Shown: positions 14,373 to 29,300 of the stretch, in pieces
Numbering within the stretch: the stretch's first letter is position 1
Layout: every line of letters starts with the position of its first letter
Assembly (NCBI GenBank): GCA_965153455.1
Contig: OZ234494.1
Location: forward strand, 4,650,001 to 4,714,000
DNA: 64,000 nt
Reading direction: 5' to 3'
From: Sphagnum compactum
Lineage: Eukaryota
Made by a program: the position numbers and the translations under genes
Notes under the pieces: generated by a model
What the model saw: only the letters and a program-made list of their open reading frames with translations
Database searches by the model: none
Told to the model about the DNA's origin: nothing

Positions 14373-16358
14373 AGTAGTTGGCGCGCGCACACACTCTCTT
14401 CTCTCTCTCTCCAGACAGAGAGAGTGCGGAATAGAGAGAGAGAGAGAGTGTGTGTGCGCGGAATGGAGAGAGAGAGAGTGGGGAAAGACTCTGAATAACA
14501 TGTTCCAACCTGGAGCATGTTTAGCAGAACCAACGAAGGAATTTGGCACTACATTGGTGTCCTTATTATTGGTGTCCTCATTGTTCGCTGAATAGTGCAG
14601 CAGTAGTTCTTGCATGCATTGGTTTGTTTTCACAACTTTTGTACAGCACCTCCCTCATTCCATCTCTTGCAACATGAACAAATAATAACAACAACAACAA
14701 CAACAACAATAATAATGCACAAAAGGTGCTTCTTACACCTCACATTGGGGCACTGTATGTGGACACTTCTTCACCAGGCTCCTCCTCCTAAATGAGCTCA
14801 CACGATGCTTCTTTCTTTCTCCATGCTTTCTTTCTGTCCTCCGGCCTTTGCAGGTTTGCAGTTTGCACTCCTAATTAAGACCTTGCTTTGGAGAAGCCCA
14901 AGCTTTTTGAGAATATTCCTCCAAACCTCCTCAGTTTTGTGTTGTAACCACAAGGTAAGAGGAATATCCACAAAAAGTTTGGCTTTTTTTAATTATCCCT
15001 TGCCATAAGAATATTCAAAAGAATCCCTTGGCTCTCTTGACCTTGTTAATGGGAATATTCTTTGCATGCCTGAGTATGCAGAATATTCCCAAAAGTCTAG
15101 ACATATGACTGTTTGTTGATAACTGAATACTACTCCCATTATCAAGGTCAAAAAACCAAGACACTTTTAGAATATTCCATACCATGGTTTATGTTGGTGG
15201 TAATAGCCTTTTTGCTATTCCATATACTTTTGCCACCACACTAGTATCACCAACCATTCTATCCAGACCAAGCCCTTCCCATATGCATATTATGACTCAC
15301 GACGAGTTTTGGGTTGTTATTTTATTTGTCGATAACTGTTTGTTCCTTTTTTGTTGAATTTTTTGAAAATAGAAGAGCGTCTGCTTCTGGTTTTTAAACA
15401 TGTGAAAGAACCCAACGGTTTTCATGAAAGAACCGGTAGTTTTATAGAAGGTTCTTCGATTTGTTGAGAACCAAGGTTATGTATCAAGACCAGTTCCTTA
15501 ATTTTGAGAACCAAAACTAAAGAATTGAGATAAGGGGGTTATTACCAATGTTGTCTGGTTACCAATATGTATAATTGATGGATACACATATATATACACA
15601 TCCTCTATTTGTGTCAAAGTACAACATAAATGTCGTACATATTCAATGGACTTCTATTCATTGATAACCTAGTGCATATCCATATCTATCAGGCTTCTAT
15701 TCACCAACAACCTGATGCATATGTCATATCCATCACATGTGTCCAGATATGTATCCTACACTATGCACATCCAGATTTTTAGGTTTTTTTAGGGTTGAAA
15801 GATATGCATATGCACTTGGTGGCATAGATGCTAATCTCGAACCCTAAATGGCAAAAAGATGTAGTTGTTTCTCTACTTGTTCGCTCACTTTTTAGTTGTT
15901 CTTCATTTATTTTGGTTTTGCATTGTTTAACATCATAAGGTTTTCGTTGAAATGCAACGTCTCAAATTTGGTAAGTTGAACATTGGCAACAAAATTTTAT
16001 ATTTCTTTATTTGTCAAAACAAAGTTTATCAAATCAACAAAGAGGGATAAAGGTGAAAGTGTGTCAAATGCAGCTCTGTAGCTTGCTGGAGGTGTAGTGG
16101 TCCAAATGTGCAAGGCACAAGTGTGTGATGTGTTGAGCTTTTTTTGCAACCTTTCAAAGAGCCTCCAAGAATCCAAGGTTTTCTTTTGTTTAGTTTTCGT
16201 AGATGATACCACGGCCATTTTTGTCACGCTATGATTTCATTGTTTGTCATGACTATGTCTACATGCATTGCTTTACACATGTACACACTTGCCTTTAGGA
16301 ACTATTGTGGTTTGTTCTAAATGCTTGATTGCAAACTATCTAAAACAAGTTTTGTCAG

Positions 16359-16480
16359 AAAGAGCCAAGTACAATCCATGCATTGTTAACTATGTCAAAA
16401 TCTACTTCAACCGACTTAACATCCAACAAGTGATACATGCAAACATCAACGATGAAATTTCATATCATGACACTATGTAG
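16359..16480 (+). pseudogene. Orphan exon of a serine carboxypeptidase-like (SCPL, peptidase S10) gene
   Basis: After a TTTTGTCAG acceptor, KYNPCIVNYVKIYFNRLNIQQVIHANINDEISY matches the SCPL pattern YDPC..NY...YFNRPDVQ.ALHAN....IPY. It ends in a stop, and I recognised no flanking SCPL exons. Confidence 0.65.
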
Positions 16481-19414
16481 ACAAAAAAATATCATGTTAA
16501 ATTATGTTCATGTTAATCAAATCATGTGTTGTGAACCATAAAATTAATTTCCACTACTAGCTACCATGTTGTATATAACATAATCTAAGGTCATCATGAC
16601 GGTGGTTGTAGCTCCTAAATGTTTAGGTATACCGGTGGGACTTGTAGGTGTAGTGATCATTGATCGAGTTAAAGAAAACTAACAACTAATTTTTCTCTTC
16701 TATTTTTTTAGTTTTTTATGAACCAACTTATTCAAAGTAACACAAAACTTGTAATTTTTCCAAGTTCCAATGAGTTTTGTGGATTGCTTCAAGCTTTAGG
16801 TTTTTTTCTCACCAAGAGAAGTAAGTTACAAGTTAGAAGTTTAAACTCCACTCAAAACAAATCTTTCCATGACTATTGATGATGCCCAACAATTCCAAAC
16901 TTACTATAAACAATTTATTTATGAAGGAAGGCAATTTGTTTTGTTTGTCATGCTAAGATTTCCCAACCATGGCCTTTTGTGCCACGCTCTTATCTTTAGA
17001 AAACTCTCAATGAATAGGGGTGCACCAACTTTGTTTAACACAATTTGAAATCATGGTGTGGAAGCGATGGATTATTGAACCATTTTTTCAACGAAAATTG
17101 AATGAAATCAAAACTAAAAACTATATTTCAACCTGAGTGCACCATTGCTTCATAATGAAAATTAAAAAAGTTTTGAATAATATTTTTCATGTTTATGCCA
17201 TAAATGTGATTTTTTGACTACATGGTGGATTTTTTTAGCATACTTTAGCATACTTTCACCCATTGGTATTCTTCTAAAAACTCCCCCAAGTGACATCAAT
17301 AGCTTTTAATGTTCCCAAACCTTTCCTAAATATGGTCCAAATGGGTCCGATGTTCAAATGTTAAAAGCCCCATCCCTAAAATGTTTGCACTAAAAATGAC
17401 AATTAACAACTCATCACCAAAACATACCCATGCACAAAATAAATCAATAGTTTTTTTTATTGGATTTCAGCCACACCAAAAAATGATCACAAGAGTTACA
17501 AAATGATCATTTTTTGAAAAGAATCCAAACACATATTTTTATAAATGATTTCCATAAATGATTGGTGTTTGTATAATTATTATTTCATTTTGTGCATTTT
17601 TCATGAATGCAAATCCACACTAAAACCAATGAATTTATTTTTCAAATTTTTGATGTTACACCATTGGCTAGCATCCTAAGAGAAATTAAACATTAAATGG
17701 CAACAAGTTTTTAGAAAATGCGTCTAAATATATGTTTTAAATTTGTTTTAAAATGCTAGCAAACTAAAATTAGTCTAAATGCAATGAATTTTTTTCCCAA
17801 AAAAAAAATCAAATTAAATTATGGTGATTTTTTTCCCAACAAAGAATAATAACATAATTTTTTTAAAATAAAATTTCTCACATTTTGGCAGAATTTCACA
17901 ACCAAAATAAAACATTGACCCAAACCAATTGTATTATTGATTGTAATCTTAATGTTTTGCACATAATTTTGTCATGTGTACATTTTATTGCACTTTTGTT
18001 GTTCAATCCACTTTAATTAAGTTCAACATTTTTTAGAAGGTGTGTAAAGTATTCCACATATGATCCATCAATCCTCATCTAGGATTAACCATAAACATTG
18101 TTCAATGTTCAACATTGAAACTTAGTTGTGTATAACATGTATAACTATTCGACACGATGAGTTCATAATGCATGAAGTCATTTGGAATGACATTTTGTCT
18201 TGACATGTACTTGATGTGGGTAAGAAAAATCATCACTATAAATAACATAATGGAAAGTTGCTACTAGACCTTGTAATTTTCATGGGCATTTTGAATGTGT
18301 GTTGTAATATAACATGTTCAAAGATGACAAAAATATTCACAAAATCATAAGGAGTGTCTCAATTATGTGGCAACACACCATTGGACAAGAACTTAGGAGT
18401 TATATAATGACATATTTCCAATAACTAGCAATGCCCTCTTGCCAATTGCCTAGCACATATCCTTTAAAATGGCCGAGTTTCATGTTTTTATGAAAAATAA
18501 ATTATTGAATCTCTTGTTTCTACATGTACACAATCTCATACCCCTCTTATTTTATTGAATTGTTAAATGCATATCTAGATATCAAATGGGTGTTAAGATT
18601 TTATTTATTTTTTCAATTTTTTGTTGGAATGTTAGGAGTGAGCATTCAAAGAGGGACATAACAATGAATGGTGAAATGTTATTAGAACATGTCCAAAAAA
18701 AATCCATTTATACTCTTGCTACTTACAGTAGTGAAAAATAGAGGTATCATGAAATTGACCCAAAATAAAAATTTCAATGATTTGAAATTTAAAAAATCCT
18801 TTAAAAACATTGCACAATGTTCATACACAAAAAACATTGGTGCTTAGATATTAATATTTTTTGGGGGGTAAATTTTCACAACTTGGTAATTTCTTTTTCA
18901 GAAAATTAAAAAACCATGAAAAATTTGTGATTTAAGAAATTTTCATCATTTTTGAAATAAAAAGAATTATATTAACCACATCTAAACCAATGTTGTGAAT
19001 GTAAATGTCAATAACTGTATATATGGTGTGTAAATCCAATGTAAATGTAAATCATTTACACTTACACATCCAATTTTTTTATATTTGCACTTATCATGTT
19101 TTGAAAGTGTATATACATATTTTTACACTTACATGAGGCCAATGTTAATATTTGTCAAATACACTTACATGGCTTGTGCAAATGTTTTGGGGCATGTAAG
19201 TGTAAGTGTAAATACTAAAATTATTTGTAAAGTCACCCTATCTTTGGGCCTCCTTTCACCCCAAATCCCTCTTTTAAAGGCATCCATAAAATAAAGAAGT
19301 TTTATTAAATCTGGGAATGAAATGTTGAAAATCAACATTTAATGCATAAGGTTCAAGACTTATTATAGTAGTGTCACCAAAAAGGAAGGTAACATACAAA
19401 TTTGTATGTTAATT

Positions 19415-20069
19415 TGTCACAACAGAATAACGAGTGTATATATCAATACAGAAAGCCCTGTAAACACACAACTAGTGTGTATGGAAGCAATACAATTTTT
19501 TATAACTTGATAACAGAAGGACTTTAGGATTTTGGCGAATCAGCATGCTCCAAATTCTTCTATTTATGGACATCATGGCCTTCCACTGGGTATCCCAATA
19601 GAAATTGAATTCTACACACAACATTTCAGAATCCCAACATAAATTTAGGTATGGAGATGGCAAAAAAATGGACAAGCAATATCTACAACGTCGTTTTCAA
19701 ATCTTCCCAGAAGTCTCCCATTACAGATAATTTGCTCGGAGCGCCCAAACATTCAAGTATTCAATCTTTCCCATGCATCCTTCCCAATTATCTCAAACAC
19801 ATTCAACTTAAGTAGGAATCCCACTAAGGCTAGTCCAAACAACCCCCTTGAGCCTTTCATCACTTCCATCCTAAGACTTTACTGACACACTGACTCCTAA
19901 CACTCGGCTCACCAGCTTTAGTGCAACGAAAAATAATGAAACAAAAGTGAGCAACCTATTCAAATCCAAGCTTTAGGCATTCTTCTTGAAAGCTTCTAAC
20001 ACAAACATCCTTAATTGAAAACCAAACTCAGTGAGAAAACCAAAGTGCTTAGCTTTCCTCTTCGTTACG
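19415..20069 (-). repeat. Putative 3' LTR (~655 bp) of the minus-strand gypsy element
   Basis: On the minus strand a purine tract GAGGGGAGGAAATAAATA is followed by (C)GTAACG at 20069. The segment ends ...GTTGTGACA at 19415, giving imperfect TGTAAC/GTGACA termini. Confidence 0.6.
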
Positions 20070-23000
20070 TATTTATTTCCTCCCCTCAGCAAATCACGCA
20101 TCACCAAACAAAAAAAATCCAGGAAGCAACGCTCCACCACCAATGTATGATTTGGGCGCCAACATTCCATGAAGAACAACACCCGAAATTCCTTTACCTA
20201 CAAACAACAAAAACACATAAAATAGCAAAGACATCAATAGCAAAATGTGGTTCCTGTAAAGTGACTAATCGCCAACCGTCCTCTCTTGGCGTTTTATGCT
20301 AATACATCCATCAACCTAGTACTTCATTCATTAGGGTTATCTCATCACTTCTTCTGGTTAAGGCTTAATCATAAAAAAATTCCATTGACACAAATTCAAG
20401 TCACGCGTGTCACCTCTCCCTTGTTTAAAAATCTATGTCCTCATAGATTCTGACTTTTAGGAATAGGATGGTAGATGTGCACATCCTTCCTTGCCCTTTC
20501 CTAGTGTTTGTCATCAAAGTCTTTTATGCAAGTTTGATCTCCTTCATCATGTTCATGTGCACCCTTGCTAGTTTTGTAACCAACAAAAATATAAGGACCT
20601 TCCCAGTTGTTAGCAAGGTTTTTCTTCTTACCGGGCTTCCGCACACCTTTGATCTGTAGACCTTCTTTTTCAAAACCAATAAACAATTGTAGGCCCTTTT
20701 GTGAAGCGCAAACCTTGCATTGTTTCTTCTAAACTTGTTCAACATTTTCAAGCAAGATTATGTGAATACTAAAAACCAACAGCATTTTCCGAATCATTTG
20801 TTCAACCATGGCTTCAGGTCCCATCTGTTCATCTATAACTTCACACAACCCATTCAAATTGTTGTCAACAACAAGTCTAGGACTATGTCCTATTAATATT
20901 GTGTAAGGTGCGTACTTCATGCTAGCTTGAACCCCATAACAGTATCCAAACAATATTCAAGGCAATTGAATGTCCCATCCTTGTATATTTGCTGAGGATA
21001 AGACAATTAGGCCATGTTTGATAGTCTATATTAAACGTTCCACCATGCCATTGCATTATGGCCATGCCAATGCGATAAATTGGTGTATGATACTATAAAA
21101 TTGACACAAAACATCAAATTATTTCATCCATTCACTGCCATTATCTATGAAAGTGTACTTGGGCATTCCAAATCGACATATAATTTCTTCCTCAAGGAAT
21201 CTGGCTGCAATAGTTATGTCATGTTCTCTCACAAGACGCGTTTCACACCATTTGGAATAGTGGTCTATGGCAACAAACACATATTTGTTGGCACTAAATG
21301 TCTCGAGTAAAGGTCTTGTAATATCCAGAACCACTCGATAGAAGAGATCACACGCATGCATGCTCTTCATACCTTCCATTCCAGATATCATATTGCTAAT
21401 CTGTTTGGCCAATTGGCATCTATCACAAACCTTGACAAACTTTTTGATAGATTCTGTCCTATCATGCCAAAAACACGTTTTTTGATTTCAACAAGCATCC
21501 TTGCTTCCCCAAAATGCCTAATTTCATTATGCATCTTGTGCATTATTAAAAATTTATCCTCCAATTGGGGAACCACTGGGTTCTAAAAATAGAGTGTATC
21601 CTCTTACTAGTGATATCTCTTCACTCTCCTTTTTGGCTTCTCAATGTCAACAAAAGTGCCGACATTTCCATCCAATGAGCCACTAGTAAGTAATTTCATA
21701 CTCAAAGGATCTTCCTAGATGTTTAAACAATGGCTTTGTTCGTCACCATCCATTTTTAGTTTAATAATAAATTTGGTCTTGATTTTATCAACCAAGGTTT
21801 GAGCTTCATGGGCTAGATTCTAGTAACCTTATGGAGTGTATTCTGGTCCATGTTGTTCAGAAATCTTCTTTTGATCTTGTCCCTCATATTGGTACAAAGT
21901 TATTTCTTTTCCTTTCTGAATTTGGTCCTTAGTATGGTTTAATGTCGCATCCACCTCCATCATAGTGTAAAGATTGTTGATAGCTTCACCTCCCTTAGCA
22001 GTAGAAGACATGAAAATTTCTAATGTCAACCTGTCTAGATCTTGAATCTCATTCCCAAAGTCTTCATCCACTTGAAAATTGCCAACATGGTTGCTACTCA
22101 ACACATCCACATTGGCCTGCCCTATGAATTATTTTGAAGTGGAAGTCATGGAACATGGAAATCCATCTCCTTCTGTCCGTATGCATCGAAAATAGTTGCA
22201 AGCCACTCCAAAGGCTTATGGTCTGTCCTTAAAGGAAAGAAGGTTTGGTGCAAATATTGCCAGAAATGCATTATGCCCCACACAAGGGCATAACATTCCC
22301 CTTCCATTGGATGGAATCGCTTATCTAGTATAGATAATCCCTTGCTAACATAGGCTATGACTTGTTCCTACCTCTCAAACTTTTGTGATACAATAGCTCC
22401 TATTCCCCTTATAGACCAGTCTACATCCAGGATGAATGGTTGCGAAAAATCAGGTCTTATTAACACTAGGGATACCATAAGCCATTTCTTCAAAGTCATA
22501 AATGATCCTTCACAAATGGGTGTCCATATGAATTTACTGTCCTTTTTAGTAAGACCAAACAATGGTTTTATAATCTTGGCATACCTAGGTATGAATTTTC
22601 TATAATAACCAGTGAGTCCTAGAATAGTTCTCACATTGGTTACTGACTTTGGAATTGGAAAATTCTCCATAGCAGCAATGTTCTTAGGATCAAAACAAGA
22701 TCCTTCGACACTTACCACATGACCCAAAAAGGTGATACTTTGCACTCCAAAACAACATTTATTAGGGTGTAGCTTCAAATGAACCTCCCTCAATCTCTGG
22801 AGCACCATCCCCACATGTTGCAAATGATCATTCCAATTTATGCTATGTATGTTGACATCATCTACAAAGACCTTCATGAACTGGCTACTCCAATCCTTAA
22901 AGACCTCTGCCATAGTCTGAGAGAAAAATGTTAGTAACATTTTTCAGCCCGAATGGCATGACATTCCATTCATATAATCCTGACTTGGTGACAACGGCAG

Positions 23001-23140
23001 TCTTTTTAATGTCATCCGAAACCATTAGGATTTGCCAAAATCTTGACTGAAGATCCAGTGCAAAGAGCCAAATGGACTCCCCTAGTCGATCTAGCACATC
23101 ATCTATTAAAGGCATAAAAAATGAATCATGTCAAGTTTGG
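19415..23140 (-). mobile_element. 5'-truncated, frameshifted Ty3/gypsy LTR retrotransposon (RT-RNaseH-integrase, PPT, 3' LTR)
   Basis: RT MPLIDDVL..ALDLQSRFWQI..EWNVMPFGLKN / VFVDDV / LGLTGYYRKFI; RNase H FILDVDWS; integrase HNEIRHFG, VAIDHYSKWCE, DNGSEW, NWEGPY. The domain order is RT-RH-IN. Confidence 0.9.
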
Positions 23141-26100
23141 GCATGACAAAATTGCACCTTTTTCCATAAACTATGTTTTGTAATTTAGCTCATGTTGTTT
23201 ATAAATACTTCCATGGCACTTCCTAGAAGTACCATACTTAAATAGTAAAAATATATCCATTATTAAAGGAGGATTTACAATAAATATGAATTGAAGTTAC
23301 ATGGATTTTCCATACATTCATGAACTTGTTTCAATGGGGATTGTATCAAAAAGTTCAATTTCCATGAAACTTAATTAACCACATGCACATAACATGTCAA
23401 ACAAGTTGTTGTAGACTAATCCTTAATTTTCTTAATGACACAATGATCTTATTTGCAAGTTCAACATAACTAACCACTTATGACATTTAATTTATGAAAG
23501 CAACTTTAGTTAATATTCATGCCTAATAAATAATAACTTAATAAAATGACTAGTGTTTTTTTGGGGCAAAAATTGTCATTTTTCCAACAAATGAATTCAA
23601 AAAATTTGCCAATTTTTTATATCACAAAATTGAAAGAAAAAACCTAAAAAGCACTTAGAGTGCCATATTGTTCTTACACATCTATGCATGGCTTATTGAT
23701 AATCAAGAGTTCTAAGTATTTAACATTATTATTTTCACATCATCTCATGGTCTTAGCCCTTGAAAAAACTACAAAATCCAAATATTTGTGTGAATTAAAT
23801 TTTAAACATTTAAACTTGGCACAAGATAGTAAAATCAATAAACATAATAAAAAATAAAGAATTGATTGGTCTTAGAAATATGGGTTCCTACCAACTTTTG
23901 ATCGCTTATTATGTGAAAACATTCAAATGGCACTATGCTATTGGCCACGGTGATAATAATCGGAGTGGTGATGTGTGGTTCACAAAAGTGCATGCAATGA
24001 CATAAGTGCATCAATATGCCAAGTTGTAATGCAAGTTCAAACTCATCTATTCATATTTAGGAATCCATGTTTTGGAATAGGGTTTAGGGTTTATCACAAC
24101 CATTTAACCACGTAAATTTATCAATACCACCATTTGCCATATATTTGGACATATGGAGTTGAGAAAAGGATAAATGGTCGTGATAATATTCAAAACTCAT
24201 TTTGTGATGAAGTGGTGTGCATAAATAATAATACATTTTAAGCTATAAAGAATGGGAATATGGATCGAGCTAGTCAATCTTTGAAAATAGGACAAATTAT
24301 AGATTTACTAACCTTGTCATTGTCACTTACAAACTTGAAGTTAGGACAAGTCTCCATCACTTGCCATTTCCTTGATTAATTCAACATTAGATGAACTCAC
24401 TTAATGATTTGACTAGTTACATGCAATTCCATTTTGATGTTTTATGATCATATTTTTCATCTCCAAGTCCCATTGCACTACTACATGTATTCAAAATACC
24501 CAAAAAGGGACAATATTTAACATGCACCTTTATTTGGCATAATTAAACGACTCAACAAGTTGTACTATTTTCAAGATTAAGGGATTAAGATATATTTCTT
24601 GCATCTAGGTATTGGATGCATGTATAAGCACTAATGTCATTTGATCAAAATTGAGTTAATTACAAATGTCATCCACTAGTTGATATTAAATTTGAAATTG
24701 CACCAGCCTACCCTTGCACAAGATTCAACTTAGTAGTAATTGTGCCCCTTTTATAAAACATACATTCTTTCATTCTTTTAATCATGAACTTGTTGCATAA
24801 AAAGAAGAAAATAAGAATTAGTGACATGTTTATCTTCTTTTCTATTGTGTTGGATTTGAAGTTGGTGTTAATTTGTTGGAAAGCTACGTATTATTGTCAT
24901 TCCCAATTTCTAAACCTCTTTTAGTCTTCTTATCATGAACTACGATTGCAAAACCATTTTTGTATAGTTTGGTTAAAGCCAACTCAAACATATTAGCAAG
25001 ATAATTGGTTGTTTCATATTTAAAGTTTCAAATGTCAATGTTCCATAATGACTTCCATTTTATTTCAAGATTTATTTTTGGTGTCTTTTCAAATCATAAA
25101 ACATGCAACTTTGACTTTCAAGAATCAAAACCCTCTTGTAAAAGTGTTTTTTCTTAGTTCATTCATGAATTGGTCTTATATATCAAATTGGTGTAACTAA
25201 AAATTTGAAGTCATGATTGTTTTTTCTATCGTGTCGTTTTTAAAGTCTTTTATTGGAATGTCTTTGCAATCTCAGTAAATATGTGATTTTGTGAGAAGTA
25301 TCAACTTGATGTGAAAGTGGCAAAAAGGTATATATAAAGTCAATATAACTTAACATATAAATGAATCTGAACACAACATAAAACAAAACAAACTACCAAA
25401 CACAAAACAAATAAATGCATAGACTAAAAGACATTATATTTTATGTTGTCAAGTGTATGTTGTCTTTTTTGTTTTGTTCCACATTCTATCTTGTTTATTT
25501 TGTTTTATTCATTTTACTTTACATTATACATTATTTTTTTGTTTTCTGACTTGTTTTTGTTTTTTCTATGTTTTGTTTTACATATATGTTTTTTGTTTTA
25601 GCTTGTGTTTTGTATTATGTGTTATGTTTTAATTTGTTATGTGAAATGGTATTTTTTTCCCCCATTACACTTTTAAAAAAAAATTCAAATGAAAGCAAAC
25701 ATATAAAAAAACTATGAATAACCATGGATTTTCTATCTAAGCATGTAAGGGTTAGGAAACCAAATCGTCCTTAAAAAATTATCCTCTCTAAATTTTACGA
25801 AATATTACCATTATTTTTTTAAGATCAAGTTCCATGGATGGATTAAAGGGGGTGTGGTCACACAAATATGTATCAGAATGGCATGTAGATGGTGTTTAAA
25901 ATTGTACATTATATTTCTAAAAATCATCACATAAATATAATAATTTGGATTGTCATCTATTTTTAGAGTGGGTTCCATTACTTGCAAAGTTGCAATGATC
26001 AAAATTTGATGCAAATTGAGAATGTTTCAAAGGTTCGTTTGCATGTTTAAAGCACTCAAAACCTTAATGTAGATTTTGTTTAATTTTTTTCAAACATCCT

Positions 26101-26379
26101 TTTTCACTATCAAATGTGCACAATTTTTTCTCAAAATTATAAAAGATCTTAACACTGATAATTTTAAAATAAAAAATAATTAAAATTGGTGAAATTCAGG
26201 TTTAATGTATTGTTTTGAAAGGATTTTCAAAACAAATGACTCCATTCCATGGTTCATATTTTAAATATATGATCGTTCCATGTTGAAAATTTCACCATGT
26301 CTATAACATGCAAATTGGCATCAAGGACTTTTTCTTTTGGGTATATGGATGAAAACATACATACTTGTATGACAATACC

Positions 26380-29300
26380 AAAGGCCAATATTGAAACATA
26401 AAAATACATGTTAATACATGACTTTATTCCTTAGAGATTCAATGAAACTTGCTAATAATTTCAATATGAGTTATTTCAAGGGATTGAAAGTATCAATGGA
26501 AAATTTCCAAAGATTCATTCCAAAGCCCTGTAAGCCATAAATGAGAATAATATTCCAGAAGGACCATTTCTAAGTTGAATTTTTTTAACTTCAAAGGCAT
26601 TCATCATCATGACACTTTACGAAGCCCCAATGTTGCACATATGTATCAACTATTGTGCCTTAAATAAAATTATCATAAAGAACAGTTACCCCTTACTTCA
26701 AATTGATAATATATTTGATCATTTAAATGGAGCTTGTTACTTTAATTGAGTGAACTTGAAGTTGAGTTTACCAAATTTGTATCATGGATGCAAATGTGGA
26801 AAAAATGACCATGAGGACTAAGTATGGTTTTTGTAAATTCATGGTCATGTTGTTTGGGTTGTGCAGTAGGCCGTCAACTTTTACAATTCTTATGAATTTG
26901 ATTTTCCATGACAAGTTGGATGAATTCATCATCATTTATATGATGACATCTTAGTTTATTCTAAGTTGGTGTAGGAACATACCTAACACTTGGATATGTT
27001 TTGGAAAAAAAAAAACTTGATGTTAACTAAACAAAAAAATGAATTTGTGAGGTTCTAAATGGACTTTCTAGGACATATATGGTTTCAAGAAGGTGTGAGG
27101 TTTGATCCAAAAAATGTCTAAGCCATCAAAAAATGACAAAGTTTGAACATAACCAAGGGGGTAAATTTTTCCTTGGGGTTGGTAAACTTTTAAAGGAAGT
27201 AAAGGACTTTTCAATGTTGGCCAAACTACTCACAAACCTCTTTAAAATAGACTTGTCATCTGAATGGTAGGATGAACAACATATTTTCTTGAAAAGTTAA
27301 AGGAAAAAACAATAATGACACATATGTTAAGGTTTTCAAACTTCTCCAAACTATTGATGTTCACATTGATGCAAGTGGGTTTGCAATTGGAAGTGTGTTG
27401 ATGCAAGATGGGCATCTTATCACTTTTGAAAGTAAGAAGTTGACAAGGGCCCAACTAAGATGGGCCATTCATGAAAAAATTATTCATAATAATTAGTTAC
27501 TTGGGCACAAGCATGTTAAAGTAGGCCAATTGGTGAGCCTTGTTCAAAAAGTAAAAATAAGTAGAAAGTAGATTTTGCATTTTTGAATTTTACGCCTTTT
27601 ACCAATATTATAAAATTTGGAATGTACTTGCCATACCATATATGTCATCCCCAATATATATTATTATTTGAACTTTAAAAAATAATATTGCAAGTTTATA
27701 TCTTATATTTTTTCTAATTCAAATTATTCAAACGATGTGTTATTAATGTTTGAGTCATCATGAACATTGATACACATTTTTTGGAACTTGAATATTTCAA
27801 TTATGACAATATATGAAGCCCTTCAAAAGTAAGTTTTTCCTTACATAGGTTTAAAGTGTTAAAATTCTACTTTTTAGTATGAATTGAAAATTCATTTTGT
27901 GTTTGTAACATGTCAAAACATGCTTTAAACAATTTTTGAAGGAGCCATATGAATGAATTTAAAAAATGAAAGGTCATGATTATACTTTATGTTTACTTTG
28001 TGCAAAATGAAATAACAACACCAAAAGAAGAAAAGTGAGTGAAAGTAGGTTGGAAAAAAGTAAACACATCTTAAGTTTTTTTTTAAAAATCATGTCACAC
28101 TACATATGTTCATGTAGTTTAAACATTAAACTTCAAATAAATGTGTATTTTTTAACCTCCAAAGTTGACAATTTTTTGGCTTACTTTAGCATGCTTATGC
28201 TCACCTTAAGATTTGGCAATTGACATCACTTGGGATCGCAAAGGACCACTTGGTCTTCATGGGCACTATGTCCTTGAGGTACTATGAGATGTAACCAAAA
28301 ACCATCACAAAACAATTACATTGATATGACATTTGACATTAATATTGGACATATAGTTGATCCATAAATCAAGCAAAAACAATGTAATGCTTGATGCATT
28401 AAGTCAAAAAGAGGAATACCAATGGGAGATGCCTTGAGGGACCACTCAAATCTTTTGCGCCAAATTTGTGGGTGAAAGCAATATTAAAAAGATTAAAGGA
28501 GGGTATGTGAAAAAACATTTCACACAATGTTATTTTATGGGATTGTGCAACAAAAAGAAAACAAAAGGCATCACCATTTTAGATGGGTTGATTAAATGAA
28601 GGTAATTGTGTGTTTATGTGCCCTAAAGAAAGTTGTGCATGAAAGTCATGTGAGAAGTGCATGATGTGCCAATGGTAGGATTCTATGGGGAAAGGACCAC
28701 AATGATGACTTTGAGTAAAAACGTCTATTGGCTTAAAATGAAAAAAGACATATAACATTACATATATAGTTGTGTGAAGTGCCAAAACACCAAGTCACTG
28801 TGTAAAAACAAATTTGGGTTGTACAATCTTTTACCTATTCCAACAAGTCCATACAAGGGTGTTTCAATGGACTCATGACATGTCTTTCAAACAAAGGAAA
28901 GATGCCATCTTAGTGGTGGTAGACAAATTTTCCAAGTTGGCCGAATTTGGACTAGTTAAGACCATAACCATAATATTGGAGATAACAAAGTTGTTTTTCA
29001 ATATGTGGGTTTAATATAATGGAGTGTTGGAAGTCCTAATAAGTGACCACAATTAAAATTCATGTTGAAATTTTAGACTCTTATGAAAAATATTATAATT
29101 AAGTTGAAGTTTAACATGATTTTCCACAAATTAATGGACAAATTGGAAAGATCGATGGGATATTATTTATTAGTATCTCGAAAATTATTTGAAGGCCAGT
29201 CATAGGGATTGGGCCAAGCATTAAGGTTTAATGGAATTTTGTTACAACTCAACCAAATGGTTCAACAATTGGGGCAAGCCACTTTGAGTTGACATTGAGA

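Noticed and set aside
23880..25330. Possible decayed Mutator-like transposase
   Set aside because: The texture is coding-like, but I could not confidently read any motif.
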